NCBI GenBank assembly: GCA_013239625.1
Contig: MU054187.1
Location: 25,174,433 to 25,238,432 of the forward strand
Length of the DNA: 64,000 bases
Reading direction: 5' to 3'
Source of the DNA: Lama guanicoe
Lineage: Eukaryota
The notes under the pieces were generated by a model. It searched no databases and was not told the DNA's origin. It saw nothing but the letters and a program-made list of their open reading frames with translations. Made by a program: the position numbers and the translations under genes. Shown piece by piece: positions 51,491 through 61,030 of this stretch. Numbering within the stretch: the stretch's first letter is position 1; every line of letters starts with the position of its first letter.

Positions 51491-51969
51491 TTTGTTAAGC
51501 TCTTATACCGTCAGATCACTGTATTTGGTAGATCTAAAAATGTTTTGAAATAGAGGACATGTCTAAGATCAATCATAAGTAAATGTCTCAAACTAAGACT
51601 GAGATCAACAGCACACAAGTGATTGAAATTTATCTCCAACTATGGTCTGATTCAAGCACTCTATGGCCTTCCATTCAGAGCGAGCTGACTTTGCAGGTGT
51701 CTAATAATTAGTAGTGCAGATGTGGTCTTAGAAATGGTTACTTACTTGTTTTTAAATAACACTGTAATTTGCATAAATACAGACAGAATAGGAAATTAAA
51801 AATCATATCCATATAGAAAGTTTGGTACAGAAGCTAAGGAATTCCAGCTGTGACAGCTCAAAAACAACAGATGGGTTTCACTGTGTATTTGTCAAGTAAT
51901 CATGACAGCATCTCATAAGTACAAGAACATGAGCAAAGAGCAAGTCAAAACTCTCTCTTACTCTCTTTT

Positions 51970-53010
51970 TAAAAAAAATTATAGTTGATTTAAAATATCA
52001 TATTCATTTCAGGTGTACAACATAGTGATTCAATATGTTTATAGATTATACCCCATTTAAAGTTATTATAAAATGTTGGCTATATTCCTTGTGCTGTACA
52101 ATATATCTTAGTGTCTTAAGTATTTTATACAGAATAGCTTGTACCTCTTTTTTTAAACTGAGTTATAGTCAGTCTACAACGTTTGTCAATTTCTAGTGTA
52201 CAGCACAATTCTTCAGTCATACATGAATATATATATATATATTCATTTTCAAATTCTTTTCCACTGTGAGCTACCACAAGATATTGAATATTGTTCCCTG
52301 TGCTATACAGTATGAACTTGTTTATCTATTTTTAATACACCAGTCAGTATCTGCAAATCTCAAACTCCCAGTTTATCCCTTCCCACCCCTCTCCCCCTGG
52401 CAACCACAAGTCTGTATTCTATGTCTGTGAGTCTGCTTCTGTTTTATATATAGGTTCATTTGTCTTATTTTGTTGTTGTTGTTGTTGTTTTAGTTTGTAC
52501 CTCTTAATTCCCTACCCTCATCTTGCCCCTCACTTCATCACTCTTGCCACTGGTAACCACTAGCTTATTCTTTATGTCAGAGAGGTTTTTTTTTCTGTAT
52601 TGTTATGTTTACTCATTTGGTTTATTTTTCAGATTCTACATTTAAGTGATAAAATAAAGTATTGTCTTACTCTATCTGATTTGTTCAGTAAGCATAATAA
52701 CCTCCAGGTCCCTCCATGTTGCTGCAAATAGCACAATTCCATTCTTTAATATGGCTTAGTAATATTCCATAGTGTGCATATCTAGACAGAGAGACAGAGA
52801 GATAGATTTATTCACTCATCTGCTGGTGGACACTTCTCCTCCCTTCCCATCTAACTCTGTGCCTTTCTTTAACCTTGGTTGAGAAAAGCTTTCCTGCCAA
52901 CCTCCACTTTATTCTCAACAAGAGTTGCTCCACATGTAGAAGTATTTTTGATATGCTTGTGGCAGAAGACGAGCTCAGTGTCCTCTTACCTCACCACCTT
53001 GACCATCCCC
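51970..53010 (-). mobile_element. Mini-L1: ~175-bp L1 5' end fused to an L1 3' end, TSD-flanked
   Basis: L1 3'UTR and ORF2 tail at 51970-52835. L1 5' terminus at 52836-53010 (minus start GGGGATGGTCAAGGTGGTGAGGTAAGAGG). TSD ctctcttactctctttt (51953-51969) / ctttcttactctctttt (53011-53027). Confidence 0.8.
52150..52490 (-). mobile_element. Young L1 3'UTR fragment nested in the mini-L1
   Basis: Same family as 10451/15475/36971. TSD tagcttgtacctctt (52135-52149) / tagtttgtacctctt (52491-52505). Confidence 0.88.
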
Positions 53011-53649
53011 CTTTCTTACTCTCTTTTCAGACTGAGTAACATAAATGATCTAGGCAAATGTTACTAATTGTCCCTGTAGAGATAATGCATGCTTTAATGC
53101 AAAGATATTAGGTATCAATAGATATTACAGAAACTCACTAAATTCAGACCATGTAGGTAAAGACTATTTTGGGAGAGTAAAAGAATGACTTGTAGGATAT
53201 TAAAAAAAAAAATCTGTTTTATTACTTTCTGTTTTCTCCATGTTTATCCACATTTACAGAGCCTTTAAAGGGGACATGTAAAATCTTTTAAAGATAACAT
53301 AAAAGACTCTTTATCATTTGAACATTTCTCTGATTCTTCTGCTACCCAACATACCTAACTTTTTCTTTAATACATAACCACACATTCCCCATTAAGATCT
53401 CCACAAAGTAGAAATAAAAAGACCTCATATTTTCAGGCTTGCTGAAGGAATGAATAAACAACATGACAAAAGTCCTTTAAATCTCCTGACAAAAGGAGCT
53501 TTCAAATGTAATACATTATTTCACCTCCAACTGCCTAGCAAGAATTGAGCAATGCTTAACTCAATTTCAGGTAGTAATGAAAAAAAGTCTTGCAGATAAT
53601 AATGCAAAACAATATCATAGTCTGTCATTGATTGTGATATAGCTAATAG

Positions 53650-53785
53650 AGCAGGAGTACATACATTTTTCTGCAAAGGGCCATATGGAAATAAATTTAG
53701 GTTTGTTATTGCTTTTGTTATAGGCAATACATAAGTGAGCACAGCCATGTTTCAATAAAGCCATATTTATAAAAAACAGACAGTT
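53650..53785 (+). mobile_element. MER58-type hAT MITE fragment
   Basis: tttttctgcaaagggccatat..aaataaatttagg..gccatgtttcaataaagccatatttataaaaaacag. Confidence 0.6.
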
Positions 53786-53796
53786 GGTAGATGTAA

Positions 53797-54278
53797 TGTC
53801 AATTGAAATAAATACACAGCCTAAAAGTTGAGAGTTACGTCTTATTTGGTGGACATTTCTGAGGACTCGAGCCCAGGATGACAGCCTCTCAGATTGCTCT
53901 GAGGGACTTCCAAAGAGGTAGGGGAGGAGCCAGGACATATGAGTTTTACATCAAAGACCAGGAATTAAGAACATTAAAGATTACTGTTAAAGGAAACTGA
54001 ACATTTCAAGTTAAAGAATTTAGCACTTTTCTATATATGGGAAAGAGGGGACATTTGGGCTTATTGAAATCATTCCTTTGACAAGCACCTAGCTGTCTAG
54101 GGCCAGTGTCCTGCCGTTTCTTGTTCTGAGTCCCCTCAGAGTGCACCATTGTGGGTGGCTGCAGACGTCAGGCTCACAGCTAATCTGCACCCTGAGCTCA
54201 CTGTGGGAGGTGGCTGATGACTTAATGGCTTCAGTATTCTTTGTTTACGGATATGCCTTGCAGTATTTTTCATTCACA
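53797..54278 (-). mobile_element. ERV1-type solo LTR, inserted in an L1 3' terminus that resumes at 54279-54385
   Basis: TG..CA termini and perfect 4-bp TSD gtaa (53793-53796 / 54279-54282). Homologous to 55927 and 59708 in the opposite orientation. Confidence 0.88.
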
Positions 54279-55926
54279 GTAACTAGATTTCTTGTGGTGA
54301 TCACTTTGTAATATATACAAATATCAAATCATTAAATTATACACCTGAAGCTAATATAATGTTATATGTCAATTATACTGCAATAACAACAACAACAATA
54401 ATAATAAAACAGTGGGTAGCTTTAGCCAGCAGATCTTTGAAATGGAATAAATATCACAAGGACTTTTCTCTTAAAAATTAACAGCCTCAGGAATGTTAGA
54501 ATTCAAGTTGAAGGCCATTTACTAGCAGAAAAATGTGAATTTTGATCTTGATTAATAAGCTATACAAAGATTCCTTCCCTGATCAAGCCAGCTGTAAATA
54601 AGGCCTGAAACAAGGAAAGTGTTAAGTCCTTACATGAGAAATGAGCACTGCAGGCATTTATTAAAAAATCTAATTTCTTTGCAAAATGTGCTATGTATCC
54701 AGTAGAACATTTTCATATCCTTTTTTTTCAAGATGTTGCTATTAGTTTTAACCATTGCTAGAAGTTAAAATGGTGATAAATGATCAAGAAAAATTATCAA
54801 CACAGTTAACTTCAGCAGAATCAAACTAAGCTTTGAAATTTCCTCTTCCTCAATAACGAGCATGATTGCCATGCTATTAATTCCTACTCTTAGCATCGAA
54901 AGGAAACAAAACACATCTTCTTCAAGGACAGGTAACAGATTATCCTGGAGCTTTCTCTCTGGTTCAGATTTACATTTTCTCTTTTCCTGGACTGTAAACT
55001 TCTGGGGAGATCGAAACACAGATACCCAGCCAGGTTGATAATATGTATTTGTTTACGTATGAATAAAAACCTGAATAAAATTTTTCAAAGCTTGAAAAAG
55101 AAAGCACATCTGAAGTCCCATAGTCAAGCTGTTCTGCTAGGGTGTTTTCCCAATCCCTAGTGGCTAACCAGAGTAGAATATGTTGCAGTTAAATTTAATC
55201 AAATCCTTACAAATAATCTACAACATGTCAGTCACACTGCAAATACTGTGAATAAAAGGACAGGGGACTCCCACCCACCCATCCACTGGGGTGCAAGGCT
55301 GCCTAGCTCTGTAGTTCTTGCATACCAGCCTGACAGGCCAGGAGAGAAAGGCCACCATCTAGTGGGGAGCATGTCCTAGGAGCCAGTGAACATACCAGCA
55401 TTCTGAGCACTCTAGAGCCAAACACAAACTTGGTGCCCCAGGAGACTTCCCAAGCTTTGCCTCCAAGATGGAGAGACCAAGGAAGAATCTTGTTTAAAAA
55501 GGAAAAAAAAAAAGAAAGGAGAGGTGACCATTTCTGCTCCCTTCCACAATGTGTAGCCTATATAATATGAGTGCATCATAAGCATTCTGGTGAGAACAAA
55601 GAGGTAATTTTTTTTAAACTTTGATAATTTGTTGAGAATTATCTGGCTTCACTTGTAGGTGTTAGAATGTATAAATGGACAAATAGAATAGCTCAGCCTT
55701 CAAAAAGGAAGAAAAACAAATGAAAACAGTGATAATCAGGCATTTTTCAAAGTGCTTAATTCTTTTTTGTTAATGTTTTATGAGATCAAGATTTGAATTC
55801 TACTATTCAGAATGAATATAGATAATGAAGTTGCTAAATATTAAACCATCTTTTGAGTATCAAAATGTTAACTATCTTACTTATTTGCATAGAACTGGCT
55901 GCATTTGTCAACTTTGAGGTGATAGT

Positions 55927-56438
55927 TGTGAATGTAAAACATTGCCTGCCATATCAGTAAACAAAGACTGCTGGGCCATCAGCCACTATAGCCCACACCC
56001 TCCCCAGTAGTGAGTCAAGGGGAGCTCAGCATGGAGGAAAGCAGACTGTTCCTGCCAAGTCCTCAGGCTCCGCAGCGACCCCTCAATAGGACTCAAGGGT
56101 GGAAAAGAAAAAGATACTGGCCCTAGATAGCTAGGTGGGTGTCAAAGGAATGATTTCAATGAGCCCAGACTTTTGCATCTTCCCATACATGAGAAAGTGG
56201 TAAATTCCTTAACTTGAACTATCTGGTTTTCTTTAATTAATAATAATCTTTTGATGTTCCAAACTACCTGGTCTTTCTTACAAAAAACTCATATATCCTG
56301 GCTCCTCCCCTACCTCTTGGGCTGTTGGAAAGACACTTGAGTTTTTATTGTAATTTTCTTCCCTTTTCAAGGTCCTCAGAAAGCCCCCAAATAAAACATA
56401 ACTCTCAACCTGTAGGTTGTGTAGCTTTTGCTTTGACA
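55927..56438 (+). mobile_element. ERV1-type solo LTR
   Basis: tgtgaatgtaaaacattgcctgccatatcagtaaacaaag..aataaaacataactctcaac..ttgaca. Flanks tagt/tact. Confidence 0.85.
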
Positions 56439-57909
56439 TACTGCTGCACAATAAACAACCCCCCCAAATAGTTCAACCGCTAAACATACATTAAGACCTC
56501 ACTTACAGGATGGGGCTGTGTGTGGGTCAAGTGGAAGGTCACTTTTAGGTTGGCTTCCTTTGTTTCCTGTTCTGGAGCACAGGTCAAAGTGATAGTAGCC
56601 CTCAAAAACATACCATTTCTCACTTCTCACAACAGAGGAAGCAGTGAAAGGGGCTGTGCAAGTCAATCATGGAGCCCAAAAAAGCCTCTGATTGAGTGTG
56701 GGGTACATCACATTCACTGACATCCCAATACAAGGCACATGGTCATGTCCTGTATCAACGGAACCACAATGTTTGTTCTTTTGCTGAAGGAGTGGGGAAA
56801 GAATTGAATTGAATACTTCCAAGCATTTGCAAAATCTAAAGTAGACTTAGGAATATGAAAGAGGTATTTTTTTCTTTGAAGTTTCAAAAATACATATACA
56901 CATATACGTTATATATATACACACACATATATATACACACACTGTGTGTGTGTGTATTTACAAACTTTTGGGAAAATAAAAAAAAAAGAAAAAACAGGGT
57001 ACCAAAGAAAAGGAAGCTGAGTGTTTATACACGGAAAGAATCACACAGTCTTACCTGTTCCAATATAGGTAGTTTTAGTGCCTACAGGATGCAATTTGAA
57101 GCTTATCACCAGAGAAAAGCAAGTATTTTAAAAACATTTCTGCTCCAGTGGTCAACAATTGAGGATAGCATTTTCATTTTTTTAAATTTTAGTTTAATTT
57201 TTCCTTTTTTTTTAAAGAAGCTCTGGCAATGAATTTAACTGCAGTGTTCACTGACTAGTAACATCTAGAAAGAATAAATGTCAAAAATTTTACCATAAGC
57301 AAAAAAAAAAATTTTCCCCTCTATGAATTTTTTTCTAAATAGATTTAGGTGACTATAACCAAAATTAAAATGAAGAAAAGACGTATGATTTCCCAGAATT
57401 AAAAGAAAGTGCAGAATTCACAACCCTGAAGTAATGGCTATGCTGTAAGTTACAGAAAAAGAACTTTTTGACATTAATCGTATTTGTTCATTGTGAAGAG
57501 AAGTCCCAAACACTGACAGCTGTTAAATTGTAAGTTATGAATCATCAGTGCAAAGGAATAAACAAAGTCAGGATTGGAAAAAAAATTCTACAAATCTCTA
57601 CTAAAAGAATTACATTACAGAAACTCTACAAGAAACTGAAAATTATCCCCCAAACCAAGCCATGTGAGATATATTTGTCTTCTTCTTTCCTGAATTAAGA
57701 AATCTTGTTTTCTACTTCAGCTCAGCAGGTATCTATTCAGCATTGTTTACTAATTTATTGAATTTTTACTGCACGCTTACCAGATGCACACTTTCTGCTA
57801 ACAGTGGAGAATACAGATACAGATTTCAATTCCAGCTCTTGGGGCATTCTAACAAAGTCAAAACCCAACAAATAATTATAATACACTGTGATGGTTGCTA
57901 TGAGATGCT

Positions 57910-58312
57910 GTCCTGGTTTTGTTTCCCCAAGAAACAGACCTAACACAAGAATTTGGTGAAAATAACTTCTTTGGCAGGTAAAGGAAGCTTGAAGAAACTG
58001 GAAGGGAAGTGGAGAAATGAACAAGCAAGGGAAGTCAGCTGACATAAAGGATATAATAAAAAGCAAGTTATCACTGTGAGCCACTGGGTTAACACCTGCT
58101 GGGGAAATCAAGGAAGCAATGTGGAACACTCACCTCAAAGGAATAGGGCCAGGCCATTAATTTCCCAGGATTGTCCACCTGCTCTATGAATAAGCAGAGA
58201 GGGAACCTGTTAGAGAGACTTCTGGCAAAGGGGGATAGATCCTGGTGTTTCTAAGTTGGTCTGATGGGCACTATTATGATAAGTTGCGAATGCATATGGA
58301 CATCTGCCACAG
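57910..58312 (-). mobile_element. LTR33-like ERVL LTR within an L2 remnant
   Basis: tttccccaagaaacagacctaacacaagaatttg..gaagggaagtggagaaatgaacaag..gcaagttatcactgtg. Confidence 0.55.
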
Positions 58313-58351
58313 ATGTTCAGAATCACAGATAACCTTGACAGGAAAAAAAAA

Positions 58352-58850
58352 TGTTGACTGAAATAAAATTACTCAATGTTAAAGTTGTGGGTTAAATTTT
58401 ATTTGGGGCAAAATGAGGACTACAGCCCGGGAGACAGCATCTCAGAGAGCTCTGCGGAGCTGCTCAGAAGCGGGAGGGTCTCAGTCTTGTACGTTACTTT
58501 AGTGAAGAGGGTGCATGCAGTCAAGCACGTGTTCAGGCAGAAGCTTGCCCCTAGTGATAAGGAGCAGACGTCACCACGAATGATATTAATACTCTTCTAG
58601 ATACGAGAAGCAAGAATTTGGGCTCGTAACATCTTCTGAAGATATCTAACTATCTAAAGGCCTATTCCACCAGTTTTCCCAGAGCAAAGAGCATTCTACT
58701 CCTGGCCTCCACCCTGAACTCCTTTCAGGGAGTGTTGGAGGTCAGTGGCTGCAGTAGCTCATGATTTAATCCAAGCAGAGCTAGATGGCAAGTGCCAATG
58801 TGATCCAATCCTTGTAGAGGAAGATGGCAAGTGCCAATTTTTAGTTGACA
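58352..58850 (-). mobile_element. ERV1-type solo LTR (related subfamily)
   Basis: tgttgactgaa..gaggactacagcccgggagacagcatctcagagagctctg..ttagttgaca. Shares the U5-side block with 53797-53920 and has an internal duplication of agatggcaagtgccaat. Confidence 0.8.
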
Positions 58851-59707
58851 GAAAGAAGTGAGTAAAGCCCACCCAGAGATTACACTTGAGATGAAATTGT
58901 AAGATGCATCAGACTTACTGAGGTTATAGAAAAAGAAAAAAATATTATTTCTGGCAGAAGGACAAATACAAAGGCATCCCAATCAGAAAGTACATGATAC
59001 TTTAAAGAAACTACAAGTTCTATGTGTGCATATGGCTAGTCTGTAAGTACAGGGGGAGAGAGAAGGGAGAATTGTTGAGAACGAAGCTAAATGAATAGGC
59101 AGGAACAAGGTCAGAGTCAGCCTTGAATCCCAGGCTAAAAATGTGGATTCAACACTACATAACATTTATGAAATACATAAAATAGAGATACTGTGAGGGA
59201 TTATAGCATGATTTCAGCAGCATAAACTTGGCAGCTTTTGGAATCTTGCTTGATTTCTATATATATATATATTTTTTTTCTCATGAATAACCTCATTTGA
59301 GTAGGGTTAAACTGGCAAAGACAGTTGCTTTTAGCTTCCCAAAGAATTGGTCTGTCACCTAGGTCCAACTTCATCTTTTTTGATTTGATTTTTTATATCA
59401 GTGAGATTTCTAAATAAAGAATTTGTTTTAAAACTTTAGGGTTTAATTTATTATGTCTTCAAAGGCTTGCATAAGACATTTAATAAAAAGCCATCTTTCT
59501 TGTGTTTACAAACTAAACTCAGAGCAAATCTCTATTATTATTTTTATTAGCCCATGAATATTAGTTTTTAGTTTTACTTTATATTGTGTGGCTGATGTAA
59601 CCCTATTGGTGTCACTTAGTATGTTTAATCACTATTTCCTGAGGGGCAGATTTATGTGTCCAGTCTTATTATATCAAGCAGAGGAAGCATTCCCCATTGA
59701 AACACAT

Positions 59708-60186
59708 TGTGAACAAAACCTACTGCAAGCCATATTAATAAACAAAGAATGCTGTGACCATCAAGTCATCAGCCAACTCAGGATGCAGACAAGCAGGCAA
59801 CCCAGCCTCTGCAGACTGAGGGGACTCAGAATGGAAAAGGACAGGTTACTGGCCCTAGGTGGCTAGGTGTTTGTCAAAGAAATGATTTCAATTATTTCAA
59901 TGTGCCCAGACACTTGCTTCGTCCCATACATAGAAAAGCACTAAATTCTTTAACTTGAGACGTCTGGTTTTCTTTAGCTAATAGTAATCTTTTAATGTTC
60001 TAACTACCTGGCCTTTGTTGTAAAACTCCTATATATACTAGCTCCTCCCCTACCTCTCCAGAGCAGTCCTTCAGAGTGATCTGAGAGGCTGTCATGCCAG
60101 CCTTGAGGGAGTTTGAGTCCTCGGAAATGTCTACTGAATAAAACATAACTCTCAACTTTTAGGTAGTGCATTTATTTCAATTGACA
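59708..60186 (+). mobile_element. ERV1-type solo LTR
   Basis: tgtgaacaaaacctactgcaagccatattaataaacaaag..gaataaaacataactctcaac..ttgaca. Flanks acat/atat. Confidence 0.85.
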
Positions 60187-60464
60187 ATATCTATCCCACA
60201 ATATAATTAAGCAAAAGAGGTTTATATGAAGCCTATTTACATATAACAATTTTTTATAAATTTTATCTAATTTTTTAAATTTTTCAGTTTTACTAGGTAG
60301 AACTGTTACAATTTGACAGTACATATACAATATATTGCATGTAAATAAATATACATAATGTATTACACATTTTTAAAATTTATATATATATATATATATA
60401 TATACTATTCATTGTTTCTAAAAAACATTTAGAGCTTTAGCTTTTTAAACTTACACAGTTATGA

Positions 60465-61030
60465 AAGGGATAAAGCCAACCACAAAGTAACAATTCAAAA
60501 AGATACATATATCCTATTAACAGCAACATTCTTTATAATTGCCTAGATATGGAAGCATCCTAAATGCACATAAACTGATGAATGGATAAAGAAGATGCAG
60601 CATGTATATGTAATGGAATACAACTCACACATAAGAAAGAAGGATATTTTGCCATTTGCAGCCCCTCATTTACTTCTTTTCTCTTCACTTCAAAAACCAG
60701 AATTTTTTAATTGGCATAAACATTTCCATTGCATCAAAACCAACAAAGTACCTACAAATAAACTATCCAAGGAGGCTGGTTATCTATACTCTGAAAAATG
60801 TACAACACTGATGGGGAAAAATTGAAGATGTTACCAAAAAATGGAAAGGTATCTTGTGCTCTTGGATTGGAAAAATCAACATTATCAAAATGGCCATACT
60901 ACCCAAAGCAATCTACAGATCCAATGTAACTCCTGTCAAAATACTCATGACATTTTTCACAGAGCCAGAACAAACAATTCCAAAATTTATATGGGACCAT
61001 AAATGACCCCGAACTGCCAAAGTAATCTTT
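60465..61030 (+). mobile_element. Sense L1 ORF2 fragments, out of order
   Basis: 60465-60662 is ORF2 C-terminus (ttttgccatttgcagc). 60720-61030 is the post-RT region (tcttggattggaaaaatcaacattatcaaaatggccatactacccaaagc). Confidence 0.8.

Noticed and set aside
54765..55019. 84-aa minus-strand ORF in unique sequence
   Set aside because: Non-ATG start, no recognisable homology, and no convincing splice context.
55927..60186. Provirus bounded by two same-orientation LTRs
   Set aside because: Each LTR has its own flanking 4-mers, no PBS or gag/pol lies between them, and the interval holds unrelated older repeats.
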